In this document: in pieces, positions 35,088 through 44,826 of the stretch
Numbering within the stretch: position 1 is the stretch's first letter
Layout: every line of letters begins with the position of its first letter
NCBI GenBank assembly: GCA_002495315.1
Contig: DAEN01000040.1
Coordinates: 51,553-115,552 of the forward strand
Length of the DNA: 64,000 nucleotides
Direction of reading: 5' to 3'
Source: Thaumarchaeota archaeon UBA141
Lineage (GTDB): Archaea; Thermoproteota; Nitrososphaeria; Nitrososphaerales; UBA141
Notes under the pieces: model-generated
Told to the model about the DNA's origin: nothing
The model's database searches: none
Seen by the model: only the letters and a program-made list of their open reading frames with translations
Program-made: the position numbers and the translations under genes

Positions 35088-35948
35088 ATGATGAAAGCCG
35101 CGCAAAAGTTACGTTCGCTGATAGCTGATCCTGGGATCTTGGTAAGTACAACGGCTCATGATGCTTTGTCTGCAAGAATTATCGAGAGAGCTGGATTCGA
35201 ACTTATTTTCCATACAGGGTACGGTAGTGCAGCTACTAGGCTAGGCATGCCTGATCTAGGATTGCTGACAATGACTGAAAGCGTTGAGGCTGTTTCATCT
35301 ATCGCAAGGTCAGTCCGGCTCCCAGTTATAGCTGATGCGGATACAGGATATGGTGGACTCGTGAATGTAGAACGAACAGTGAAAGAAATGGAGAGAGCAG
35401 GAGCTGCGGGGATGATAATTGAAGATCAGCAGTGGCCGAAGAGATGTGGACATATGGAAGGAAAAGAAGTCATCACGGTTGATGAGCAAATCGAGAAGCT
35501 ACACGTAGCGATTGAGTCGAGGGAAGACCCTGACTTCGTTCTAGTGGCGCGTACAGATTCAAAAGCACTATACGGTCTTGATGATGCATTAACCAGAATA
35601 AAGTTGTACGAGGAAGCTGGTGCAGATATGGTTTTTGTTGATGCTTTGGAAACCAGGACTGAGATGAAAGCTGTTCCCCGTGCAGTTCGAAAACCTGCTA
35701 TGATTACATTCATTCCCGGAGGAAAAACATCTAGGTTAACTAAAGCTGAAGCAGAAGAGCTCGGCTACAAGATGTTTGTATTGGCTCTAATTCCACTCTA
35801 TGCAGCAGCTAGCGCTATGGTGGAGACATGCGACCAGATTTTTCAGGGTAACCCGGAAGGCAAGGGCTTTCCACGTTTAACATTTAGAGAATTTAACTCT
35901 CTGATCGGGATAGACGCCTATCAGAAATTAGTGAAAACGCAACCATAG
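35088..35948 (+). CDS. Isocitrate lyase/PEP mutase superfamily enzyme, 2-methylisocitrate lyase-like
   Basis: 286 aa with DADTGYGG and IIEDQQWPKRCGH (the catalytic-Cys KRCGH loop of ICL/MICL-type members). Confidence 0.75.
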   Translation: MMKAAQKLRSLIADPGILVSTTAHDALSARIIERAGFELIFHTGYGSAATRLGMPDLGLLTMTESVEAVSSIARSVRLPVIADADTGYGGLVNVERTVKEMERAGAAGMIIEDQQWPKRCGHMEGKEVITVDEQIEKLHVAIESREDPDFVLVARTDSKALYGLDDALTRIKLYEEAGADMVFVDALETRTEMKAVPRAVRKPAMITFIPGGKTSRLTKAEAEELGYKMFVLALIPLYAAASAMVETCDQIFQGNPEGKGFPRLTFREFNSLIGIDAYQKLVKTQP

Positions 35949-35957
35949 CTATTTGTG

Positions 35958-37139
35958 TTACGAATTCTCGGACAAAACGGTGCCGGAAGCAATAGAACCA
36001 TTCCTAATCACTGCGTGCAAAAGTTCGCGGGATTGAAGAGATCGAATATCTTTTAGGGGATCTGCGTCTAATACAAGAAGATCGGCTAGTTTTCCCTCCT
36101 CTATAGAACCCAAGATACCACCCATTCTTAGAGCCTCCGCTGCAGTCTTTGTCGATGCAATAATTGCATCGTTTTCACTCATTCCATTTGCTACCATTAA
36201 TTCCAACTCGTAGGCATTTTCTCCATAAGGACTTCCTTGTATCCCGCCTTCATCACTTCCCATGGCGATCTTCACTCCAGCATCAACCGCTAGCCTAAAG
36301 CTCTTAGGATGTTCTTCGAGTCCATGCTTTACTTGCTGCAAGATCTCGTCTGAGTAGCGATTATCTTTTCTTACATTCCACCTGCGTACATAGAGAGTCG
36401 GGACGTAATAGATATTTTTCTTGACCATCACATCTAGGACCTGATCCGGCTCTTCAGCGATTAGAAAACCATGTTCGATTGTATCGGTACCTGCTTCTAT
36501 TGCATCCATGATGGCTTGTGGACTTCCTGCATGAGTAGCTACCGTCTTGTTCGCCAAATGTGCTTCATTTATGGCAGCCTTCATTTCTTCAACAGTCGGT
36601 CGAGCATACTTTGTTAAGGAGTCAGAGCTGAGTTTAATGAAGTCAACACCGTTCTTGATCAAGGTCCGGGCAGCCTTACGATAGCTATCTGTACTGTCCA
36701 CTTCTATGCCGATCCCTAGACTAGCCAAATGACCGCCAGTGATACACAGTCCTTTTCCACAAGTAAACATTCGAGGAGATTCGACTAGTCCTGCATAAGC
36801 AGCTTTTCGAACTTCGAAGTCGATTAGGTCAGGCGTTCCGCAGATCCTCACCGTAGTAACTCCCCCGTCCAGCATGGCTTTGACGTTACGAGCAAATCTT
36901 AGGGCTAGGTAAGCTGAAGAGGCCTTAACATCTAGACCTGAAGGGTGAACATGGAGATCTATTAGACCTGGCATTACTATCCTACCCGAGGCCTCGATGA
37001 GGAAATCATCATCGGTGTGAGGTATGGAATGACCTGATTGGACTACGCTGATCCGATTTCCTTTGATCGCAATAGATGCGTCCTCAATGATCTGTCCAGT
37101 TCCGTCAATGAGCTTTGCACCCTCTATGATAATTGCCAA
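35958..37139 (-). CDS. Amidohydrolase-family metal-dependent hydrolase
   Basis: 393 aa. AIIIEGAKLIDGTG, PGLIDLHVHP (HxH) and later TIEHG and GSDEG fit the TIM-barrel amidohydrolase pattern. The start is TTG. Confidence 0.75.
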   Translation of the reverse strand: MAIIIEGAKLIDGTGQIIEDASIAIKGNRISVVQSGHSIPHTDDDFLIEASGRIVMPGLIDLHVHPSGLDVKASSAYLALRFARNVKAMLDGGVTTVRICGTPDLIDFEVRKAAYAGLVESPRMFTCGKGLCITGGHLASLGIGIEVDSTDSYRKAARTLIKNGVDFIKLSSDSLTKYARPTVEEMKAAINEAHLANKTVATHAGSPQAIMDAIEAGTDTIEHGFLIAEEPDQVLDVMVKKNIYYVPTLYVRRWNVRKDNRYSDEILQQVKHGLEEHPKSFRLAVDAGVKIAMGSDEGGIQGSPYGENAYELELMVANGMSENDAIIASTKTAAEALRMGGILGSIEEGKLADLLVLDADPLKDIRSLQSRELLHAVIRNGSIASGTVLSENS

Positions 37140-37352
37140 CTTGTCCGCGGGTTAATGTAATGACATACATATGAACATCTCTAACTACTAATGAGATCTT
37201 ACAGGGGGGATATCCTCTTCATTTGTTTGAACTGTCTTTTGATTTGTGATTCTACTAATTCCAGTCCGGAAGCAAGGTATCATGGGGCTTGGTCTTTTCC
37301 GAAAGGCCTAAAAATCAGGTTTCAAAGATCCAGTAGGTGGGCGTCACAATAA

Positions 37353-37529
37353 ATGCCTGATAAATACTTGAGATGGAACCTTGTCTGTAAGAAATGCGAT
37401 GCAAAGTTTTACACACAACAACGGGGACCTCCTGCCCCTCATCTCAATATACGTGCTACTCCGAATGAATACGTCTGTCCAAAGGGCCATAGCGAGCTCT
37501 ACTTTTGGTCAGATTTCGTTTTTGACTAG
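37353..37529 (+). CDS. Small zinc-ribbon-like protein (58 aa, not in the ORF track)
   Basis: Hand translation: MPDKYLRWNLVCKKCDAKFYTQQRGPPAPHLNIRATPNEYVCPKGHSELYFWSDFVFD, with a CxxC...CxxxH arrangement. Expression is unproven. Confidence 0.4.
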   Translation: MPDKYLRWNLVCKKCDAKFYTQQRGPPAPHLNIRATPNEYVCPKGHSELYFWSDFVFD

Positions 37530-37550
37530 AAGGTACTAATTCAAAACGCG

Positions 37551-38591
37551 TCAGGTGGTTATTAGCTCAACCTGATTGGCCTCAATAGCTCGACGTACTT
37601 CTAGAGCGATTCTACGTCCCATGCTCATTTTTGTATCATAAAGCAAAGCTGTATATGGTGAACCTTCGATAAAGAGATTGGTTCCAGCTACAATCCTACC
37701 TGAGAATTCAAAGGAAACGAATTTTCCATCTCCATCATAAATCCCTTCTATACAAAAAGGGCCAACAATTCCTGGAGGTACTAAAACCTGAGAAGCGCGG
37801 ACAAACCTTTCTCCTATCTTGTAGACTTCGTCCAGCAGAGACTCTCTCAACACAAGGGGAGAATTTCCCACAACGATGTAGGAAGGCGCACTTGTTCCCA
37901 TCTCAATTTGTGCTGACGCAGGAATCCTTCCTAGGCCGTCTACATTGGTTTCATATCTCCGATCTATCCCAAAGAATTCAAGCTCGCGGCTGAGGGGCGA
38001 AAAAAAGTACTGAAGATAGACTGGTACTCCTTTGATATATTCCTGGATGTAGACATTTTCCTCTTCACTATTTCGGATCAATCCATCAGATCTTAGCGCG
38101 GCGAGTTTTTCCTCGTAGCTCTTGGTATTGGTTGCTAGGAAATAGCCGCGGCCTCCGGCTGCGCCCGAAAGCTTCGCTATGACAAGTCGATCAATCTCGC
38201 TGGGATCATTATACGATTTTGGTAGGTTCAATCTTGCAGCCTTCATCAGCTTTTCTTTCTGCAGTCGATCCGCCTCCCACCGGAGGATATACCGATTCCC
38301 AAAGACCGGAATTGGCAGAGATTCCTCAATCGCGTCTACTCCAACTTCTGAGATTAATGTACCATGAGGAATAAGAATAGAGTCTGTCTGCTTTAACCTC
38401 CTAATTCTTGTGGGAGAGACTATGTCAGAGAATTTCTTTACTTGTATCATATTATCGATGAACTTAAACCGATTGTAGAGGCTCTGGCGGTCCTGTTTTG
38501 TCACCAGAAGAGTCGAAAAGCCTTCGTCCTTAGCTCCTTTCAGAAGTTGCAGAGCACAGTGGGACCCAAGGGTCGCTATCGTCTTGATCAT
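37551..38591 (-). CDS. purP: 5-formaminoimidazole-4-carboxamide ribonucleotide (FAICAR) synthetase PurP, paralog 1
   Basis: 346 aa. IATLGSHCALQLLKGAKDEGF is the PurP N-terminus, followed by an ATP-grasp body. Confidence 0.8.
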   Translation of the reverse strand: MIKTIATLGSHCALQLLKGAKDEGFSTLLVTKQDRQSLYNRFKFIDNMIQVKKFSDIVSPTRIRRLKQTDSILIPHGTLISEVGVDAIEESLPIPVFGNRYILRWEADRLQKEKLMKAARLNLPKSYNDPSEIDRLVIAKLSGAAGGRGYFLATNTKSYEEKLAALRSDGLIRNSEEENVYIQEYIKGVPVYLQYFFSPLSRELEFFGIDRRYETNVDGLGRIPASAQIEMGTSAPSYIVVGNSPLVLRESLLDEVYKIGERFVRASQVLVPPGIVGPFCIEGIYDGDGKFVSFEFSGRIVAGTNLFIEGSPYTALLYDTKMSMGRRIALEVRRAIEANQVELITT

Positions 38592-39689
38592 TTATGTTAT
38601 GATCTCTCCTAACCGTGACTGTTGGGCTGCCCTTTTGATTTCCATAGATATTCGTCTTCCCGTTCCTATCGTTTTTCCATGATAGTACCTTGAATATGGA
38701 CTCGTAGTCGTTAGAATCGGGCTCCCCGGTACTCTTGGTGAGACATCATACACATAGATCTCAAGGTCAAGAGTTATGACGCTTTGAAGGGCGAATGGTC
38801 CAATTGGTCCTGGAGGATATTCGCGCTTTACTGCAGCAACGAAACGCTCTCCAATCTCAAAGACCTTCTCTAGTAATGACTCTCTGATGGTTGCAGGCGT
38901 ATGTCCAACTTCCACATTTTGGAGCTCAATATCCATCTCCAACTGGTTCTTGGCAGGCAGTGAAGTAAAATCATTAACATTTGTCTGAAGTCTCCTGTCG
39001 ATTCCAAGAAACTCTAGGTTATCCTCAAGAGGCGAATAGAAGTAGTTGAAATTGAAGTACGTACCAACAAGAAACTCTTCAATAGTAGCTCTATCAAGGT
39101 CATCTTTGCGAATAATTCCTGCATTAATGCGCTGAGTGGACCGCTTCGTATATTCAGAGAACGAGGTCGCAACAAAAAATGCTCGTTCAATACCTCTCTT
39201 TGCCTCCGGAACTTTCACCATCACAGGTCGGTCGATCTCTTCTGCTCGACTAAAGATCTTCGGGAGTTTGATCCCTGCTTGTTCTAGAAGGAAGTACTGG
39301 TTTCGTGGTGCGTCGCGTTCCTCGCTGCGAAGGAGGGCACGGTTCCCAAAGAGTGGAACCAGGAATTCTTCTTCGATAGCGTCGAAGCTGAGATAGGTGG
39401 TGAAGGAGCGGTGAGGAATAAAGATGACATTGGATTGTATAAGGCGATTTTGGATTTCCTCACTCATGACATCTGCAAACTTGGGGAGGATGACTATCTC
39501 GTCGGCTAGTCGTTTGAACTTTAGGTAGGCCTTTTCACGACCTTGTTGACAAAATAGAATGGTCTTCAGACCCTCATCTTTTGCGCCATCCATGATGTCC
39601 AGAGCTGAATGACTCCCAATAACTCCTACACTAATATCCTCTGGGTCATATCTAGAAACTATTTGCTGAATAGACTTCAGATTTATCAT
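38592..39689 (-). CDS. purP: PurP-family ATP-grasp enzyme, paralog 2
   Basis: 365 aa. VGVIGSHSALDIMDGAKDEGL is colinear with the downstream paralog. Its TAA stop directly abuts the next ATG. Confidence 0.8.
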   Translation of the reverse strand: MINLKSIQQIVSRYDPEDISVGVIGSHSALDIMDGAKDEGLKTILFCQQGREKAYLKFKRLADEIVILPKFADVMSEEIQNRLIQSNVIFIPHRSFTTYLSFDAIEEEFLVPLFGNRALLRSEERDAPRNQYFLLEQAGIKLPKIFSRAEEIDRPVMVKVPEAKRGIERAFFVATSFSEYTKRSTQRINAGIIRKDDLDRATIEEFLVGTYFNFNYFYSPLEDNLEFLGIDRRLQTNVNDFTSLPAKNQLEMDIELQNVEVGHTPATIRESLLEKVFEIGERFVAAVKREYPPGPIGPFALQSVITLDLEIYVYDVSPRVPGSPILTTTSPYSRYYHGKTIGTGRRISMEIKRAAQQSRLGEIIT

Positions 39690-39987
39690 TAAGATATTAC
39701 CAGTATCTGACTGTCTCTTATCGGGAAAGGAGCTCTATATCACCGTTGTCTAGAAATGATCCTTTGGCATTGAATCCTTCTTTTTTTACATTGGAAGATT
39801 TAGTCTAAAAAAGACATTTGACAGGGAAACAGACCAGAACTGCCCTTGAGTTGGGAAATTCCCGTACAGAATCCTTACTGACGCCACAGCTTGCATTAGT
39901 GAAAAGTTAGGCCAACAAAGCTAACTAGGTGTCTCTGTTCTCCTCTCTTTATGGTGATTATTCTTTTCATCCGTCCTCCAGGTTCTC

Positions 39988-40359
39988 CTATTGATTTTTT
40001 CTAGAGGAGTTTACCTCCGCAGTATGCGCTTGAGGTTCTTCCTCTTGTATCTGGTCTAGATGATTCATGTAACAAGGAGGTCCATCGACCATCCACTTGT
40101 AACGCGGTGAAATACACGATTTCCCTTCCCGGCTGATGTGGAGACATCGAACCAGAGTTCCGAGTTCCACGTCAACCACTTCGCGATTACCACATATCGG
40201 GCAAACATCACCCTGAAGGGGATTTATGTAGAGGTGGCGTCCTTTCTTTTTTCCACACCGAACCCATCGGCCTAGCTCATGATCCCTCTCACAGCGGGGT
40301 TGTGGCTGTCTTAGGAAGCTGAAGAGCACTTGTTCATGGCATTGGCTACATTCAACCAT
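39988..40359 (-). CDS. Cys-rich zinc-finger protein of unknown function
   Basis: 123 aa with CSQCHE...C...CPICGN plus additional Cys/His and an acidic C-terminal tail. I do not recognise the family. Confidence 0.45.
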   Translation of the reverse strand: MVECSQCHEQVLFSFLRQPQPRCERDHELGRWVRCGKKKGRHLYINPLQGDVCPICGNREVVDVELGTLVRCLHISREGKSCISPRYKWMVDGPPCYMNHLDQIQEEEPQAHTAEVNSSRKNQ

Positions 40360-40522
40360 TTTGGATCAATGTGACGTATTCAAACTAAATGATGCTTTAA
40401 GAGCGTTGATTGTATCTTGACTATGCGGAAGGGAAAATCTTCTTATCCTCTATGACTTTTCTCTAGCAAGTTCGAGAGCCCTCCAGTTCATTAATATGTT
40501 TGGCCACTGATGGAAGCATACC

Positions 40523-42196
40523 ATGACGCGATCGACCGGTGCAACAGCCTTTGTCGACGGATTGAAATCTTTCGGAATGACCAATATCTTCGGAGCTGGT
40601 GGTTCGTCATACGGACCCATTCAAGATGTGATCATAGATCGTCCTGAGATGAATTATTACCTTGCACTGCACGAAATGGTCAATACAGCTATGGCTGATG
40701 GTTTTGCTAGAGTCACGGGCCGTCCCTCTATTGCCATGGTCCATGTTGCCGTCGGTACAGTTAACGCCCTTGGAAGTATCTTCTGTGCTTACCGGGATCA
40801 TACGCCTATGGTTGTACTAGCTGGAGATCAGAGCACATCGCTTTTAGGCCGCAAGTCATACAACGAGGCTCCGCAACAACTGGCAAGTATTGTTCGTCCC
40901 TTTGTAAAGTCGAGCTGGCAGGTACTGAGAGCAGATCGCATCCTTGAAGATCTCGGCAGGGCGATCGCAACCGCATCTTCTGCGCCCCAGGGCCCGGTAT
41001 TCCTCTCGCTTCCAAAGGATCTCATGTTGGAAGAGTTTGAAGTGGTGGTTCCAGGGACAACGCACTTGCGGATTTTCAGCGACAACAAACCCAATGATGA
41101 CGCTATTGCGGTAGCCGCTGGACTCGTAGATTCTTCTGAACATCCAGTTATCGTAATCGGCTCAGGTGTTGCCAAGAGCTGTGCATCGAAGGAAATAATT
41201 GAGCTCGCTGATCGCCTTGCAGCTCCTATCTTCCTAGAGAAGAATAGCTACGTTATTGACCTTCCCACGGACCATCCACTCTACCTGGGCGACTTCTCTC
41301 CGGACCATTTAGAAGTGAAGAACACAGATTTGTTAATCAACGTAGGGGGTAGAACTGAGATACAGATGGAGCCCTCCCTTTACTCTATAATCCCTCCAAG
41401 CGCGCCGGTGATCCACATTAACCTCGATCCTGGGGATATCGGCCTCGTTCATAGAGCAGATGCAGGGATAGTGGCAGATCCAAAACAGGCCGTCCAGGAG
41501 CTCCTCAAGAAGCTGCATCCTTCCTCGATCGCGAAAGTTGAAGCCCGGCGGACACGCATAATTACCAATCAAAAGGCCTTCGTTCAGATAATTGACCATC
41601 GAATCCAGGCCAACTGGGACTCTTCACCAGTAAAATTGGGTCGGTTCCTAAAAGAACTGGCTAGAATGATCGATCCAAAGCAGACGGTCCTGGTCGGTCA
41701 CGGTTCCGGCATTATCCTAGTGAGGCATCTACTACGGCCGTGGACGATCTTCGGGCAGACCGGACCAGGGTATCTAGGTTGGGTTCTCTCAGCCTCGCTT
41801 GGTATAAAATTAGGCCTACCCGATCGCCGGGTCATTTGTATCCTTGGTGACGGGAACTTTATGTTTGGATCACAGGCTCTCTGGACTGCTGCCAAGTACG
41901 GAATTGCGGTTACCATTGTAATCTTAGACAATCGTTTCTATCTATCGGAACTATCCCAGAAGAACCTCGAGTCTAATAGCTTGCTTGGTGTAGATATCGG
42001 TGAACCGCCTATGGACTTCGTTAAGATGGCTGATAGCATGAACGTAGCAGCTAGACGAATCGAACGACCTTCAGACGTTCAACCTGCTCTGAAGGAAGCC
42101 TTTACCACATCTGGTCCTTTTGTTATTGACCTTATGCTAGACAGAGAGAACCCAAACACAATTGTTCGTGAGGCCCTTAAATCACACAAGACATAG
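40523..42196 (+). CDS. Thiamine-diphosphate-dependent enzyme (acetolactate synthase large subunit / benzoylformate decarboxylase-like)
   Basis: 557 aa with an N-terminal PYR domain (YLALHEMVNTAMADGFARVTGRP), a middle domain and a C-terminal GDGNFMF...LDN ThDP-binding motif. Confidence 0.8.
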   Translation: MTRSTGATAFVDGLKSFGMTNIFGAGGSSYGPIQDVIIDRPEMNYYLALHEMVNTAMADGFARVTGRPSIAMVHVAVGTVNALGSIFCAYRDHTPMVVLAGDQSTSLLGRKSYNEAPQQLASIVRPFVKSSWQVLRADRILEDLGRAIATASSAPQGPVFLSLPKDLMLEEFEVVVPGTTHLRIFSDNKPNDDAIAVAAGLVDSSEHPVIVIGSGVAKSCASKEIIELADRLAAPIFLEKNSYVIDLPTDHPLYLGDFSPDHLEVKNTDLLINVGGRTEIQMEPSLYSIIPPSAPVIHINLDPGDIGLVHRADAGIVADPKQAVQELLKKLHPSSIAKVEARRTRIITNQKAFVQIIDHRIQANWDSSPVKLGRFLKELARMIDPKQTVLVGHGSGIILVRHLLRPWTIFGQTGPGYLGWVLSASLGIKLGLPDRRVICILGDGNFMFGSQALWTAAKYGIAVTIVILDNRFYLSELSQKNLESNSLLGVDIGEPPMDFVKMADSMNVAARRIERPSDVQPALKEAFTTSGPFVIDLMLDRENPNTIVREALKSHKT

Positions 42197-42258
42197 AAAT
42201 CCGCGAAATATTTGTCTGTGGGGATGCAACGCAGGATTGAAAATTTATTGAGTTGGAA

Positions 42259-42456
42259 CTAAATCATATTGCTACGTCTGTCCTTCTCTTGGATATTGTA
42301 TAACGACCTGAGGGCATGTTTGTGTTTTAGCGATGAAGAGTAAACTTTCAGTTTGGATATGGCGGAAGTTTTCCCACAGTATGCGCATCTAACCGAAGAA
42401 TTCGAAGTCGACAGCTGAAAACGTCCACATCTGGGACAGCTAATTACCTTATACAT
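42259..42456 (-). CDS. Small zinc-ribbon protein (DUF1922-like)
   Basis: From ATG 42456: MYKVISCPRCGRFQLSTSNSSVRCAYCGKTS.., with CxxC-N13-CxxC. The track ORF starts at TTG 42480. Confidence 0.5.
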   Translation of the reverse strand: MYKVISCPRCGRFQLSTSNSSVRCAYCGKTSAISKLKVYSSSLKHKHALRSLYNIQEKDRRSNMI

Positions 42457-42566
42457 GCGGAAGTTATTCTGACTTCTCAAGCACTTGCACTAGGTTAACA
42501 AGATATTGCTGAGATTTGGCATGTCTTCCAAATTGCGCAAAAACATCTCTATCTTTACCACTAAAG

Positions 42567-42896
42567 CTAAATCTCCAAGACTTCGTCGCCTTTCACTCCA
42601 GTTCCCGGAGTTCCTGTAGACGGATTCACTCTTTCTACCCCATCCAGCAAGAGGTCAAGCTTGTCAAATTGGAAGAGTTTTTTGTATTGCTCGAGCTCGT
42701 TTTTAGACCTCAGGATTAGTCCTCTCCTTTTAGAAGGCGAGCCTGAACTATCAACCGGGTTTAACTCTACCGCGATCCTATCTGGACTGCTCTTGTAGGC
42801 AGGCATTTTCAGAAGGAAGACCCCAGGGATAGAGGTCTTCAGACGCCCCCAATCTTGACCTGTCTTAAGAAATGAATCTAGTCTATCTTCAGACAT
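42567..42896 (-). CDS. Hypothetical protein (109 aa), divergent from the Hef-like helicase gene
   Basis: Clean ORF with an ATG start and no recognisable motif. Composition is consistent with real coding sequence. Confidence 0.4.
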   Translation of the reverse strand: MSEDRLDSFLKTGQDWGRLKTSIPGVFLLKMPAYKSSPDRIAVELNPVDSSGSPSKRRGLILRSKNELEQYKKLFQFDKLDLLLDGVERVNPSTGTPGTGVKGDEVLEI

Positions 42897-43136
42897 TCAA
42901 TAGCCACCTGTGTTCAAATTAGATTCTTTTCACATTATAAATTTGATTGTGGTTATACGCTGACGATCCAGTATGAGTGATTGACTTTTTATGGCGTCGG
43001 GGTTTGAACAGCCGCCAAGAGAAAACAAAGAATGAAGATATGTCCAATTTCGACAGACATGATGGAGGAGAACGCGAAAAAAATCAAGGTGTGAGGGCAC
43101 CGATAAATACGAAGGTTCACAAGTAATCTCGATTGA

Positions 43137-44711
43137 TTGCTCCTAGTCAGTAGTTTTAAGCCAAGAGAATACCAGACAAGCATCGCTTCATCAGCTAGTC
43201 AAGCGAATACACTAGTTGTTCTCCCAACAGGTTTGGGTAAAACCGCTATTGCTGCACTCGTGACTAACTTAAGACTTCAGAGCTATACGGATGGGAAGAT
43301 CCTAGTTCTTGCACCCACGCGACCCCTTACGCTACAACATTACGGTTCCTTCAAAAGTCTCCTAGTTTTTTCTCCAGCTCTCTTTGCTGTCCTTACTGGA
43401 GAAATGAACCCTGAGGAGCGGGTGAAAATATGGACTAGTGCAAAACTGATATTTGCAACGCCACAGACCGTAATGAATGACCTCAGGGCTGATAGGGTTT
43501 CCCTACAAGATTTCGTTCTCGTTGTGTTCGACGAAGCTCATAGATGTGTTAGGGATTACTCGTATACAGATATAGCGAGGTGGTACATAGATCAAGCACA
43601 TAATCCGTTAATACTTGGACTAACAGCTTCTCCGGGAAGCTCAAAAGCTCGAATTGACGAAATCGTCGGAAATCTCCGGATAAAGAGAGTAGAAGCAAGA
43701 AGTGATACAGATGAGGATGTACGGCCGTATATCGAAAAGACTGAGACAGAAGGGATCAAGGTCAAGCTACCAGAGCAATACGCTTTGATGCTTGAACCAG
43801 CTAGGGCAATTTACAGCGAAAAGATAGACAGACTTCAAAAATTGCATCTACTTCCTGAAAGTAAGATCTCCAAGAGAATGCTTCTTGAAGTACGCTCTTC
43901 AATACTTTCGAGACTTCGTAGACTGGATAAAAACAACGAAATGAGAGGTCCACTCTTTGGCTCGATCATAAATCAAGCTCAGGCAGTGATGGTTTTACAT
44001 GCCATAGAACTCATAGAAACGCAAGGGACTTCATCGCTTGAGAAGTATTTGAGAAAGCTCAAAGAGAAGTCAGATCAAGGAAAAGCACTTCGAGGCCTAC
44101 GCCTAGACAAACGATGGCAGCTCATGGAACAGGCCTCTCAAAACCTCGTCTCATTAGAACACCCAAAACTAGCTAAACTGTACTCCATCGTTAGTGAACA
44201 ACTAACGAAAAAACAGACTTCTCGAATCATAGTTTTTGCCCAATATCGAGATACTGTGGATGCAATAGTTTCTTACCTTTCAGCTCGAAATCTCAATGCT
44301 CAAAGATTCGTTGGTCAGGCTGACAGAATGGAAGATAAGGGGATGAATCAGCGAGCTCAGAGTAAATTACTGGAAGAATTCACGAGAAATACTTTCAATA
44401 TCCTTGTAAGTAGTAGTATAGGAGAAGAGGGCCTAAACATACCCGACGTGGACTTGGTGACCTTCTATGAAGCAGTTCCCTCTGAGATTAGATCTATCCA
44501 GCGACGAGGACGAACAGGACGGACAATGCCCGGCAAAGTAGTCATACTTCTTACTGAAGGAACTGTAGACGAGTCATACTACTACAGTAGCATCTACAAA
44601 GAAAAGATAATGAAACAAACAATAGCCAATAGGAAATCGTCATCAAGCCTGGGGACGAAGAACGAGAACAAACATAATGCCTCATCTACACTCCTTGACT
44701 ATCTGGATTAA
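43137..44711 (+). CDS. Hef/FANCM/Mph1-like SF2 helicase (helicase domains only, no nuclease domain)
   Basis: 524 aa with PREYQ, VLPTGLGKT (motif I), FDEAHRC (motif II), LGLTASPG (motif III) and QRRGRTGR (motif VI). The TTG start is immediately preceded by an in-frame TGA. Confidence 0.8.
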   Translation: MLLVSSFKPREYQTSIASSASQANTLVVLPTGLGKTAIAALVTNLRLQSYTDGKILVLAPTRPLTLQHYGSFKSLLVFSPALFAVLTGEMNPEERVKIWTSAKLIFATPQTVMNDLRADRVSLQDFVLVVFDEAHRCVRDYSYTDIARWYIDQAHNPLILGLTASPGSSKARIDEIVGNLRIKRVEARSDTDEDVRPYIEKTETEGIKVKLPEQYALMLEPARAIYSEKIDRLQKLHLLPESKISKRMLLEVRSSILSRLRRLDKNNEMRGPLFGSIINQAQAVMVLHAIELIETQGTSSLEKYLRKLKEKSDQGKALRGLRLDKRWQLMEQASQNLVSLEHPKLAKLYSIVSEQLTKKQTSRIIVFAQYRDTVDAIVSYLSARNLNAQRFVGQADRMEDKGMNQRAQSKLLEEFTRNTFNILVSSSIGEEGLNIPDVDLVTFYEAVPSEIRSIQRRGRTGRTMPGKVVILLTEGTVDESYYYSSIYKEKIMKQTIANRKSSSSLGTKNENKHNASSTLLDYLD

Positions 44712-44826
44712 GACCTACTGGAGAATAACACTTAACTCAACATATCTAAGATAACTTCATTATCTCATCTGTACAATTTCTCGAATAAGAGTTTATTAGA
44801 TTGCGAGTTACTCATAAGAGAGATAT

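Noticed and set aside
35088-35948. Possible PEP mutase that would nucleate a phosphonate biosynthesis cluster. HAD, MBL and amidohydrolase genes sit alongside and a ThDP enzyme lies at 40523. Some Thaumarchaeota are known to make methylphosphonate.
   Set aside because: The active-site loop reads IIEDQQWPKRCGH. This is the catalytic-Cys KRCGH loop of isocitrate/2-methylisocitrate lyase-type members, not the EDKxxxxxNS motif of PEP mutases. The 557-aa ThDP enzyme looks like an ALS/BFD-type protein rather than a phosphonopyruvate decarboxylase, and it is separated by unrelated purP genes.
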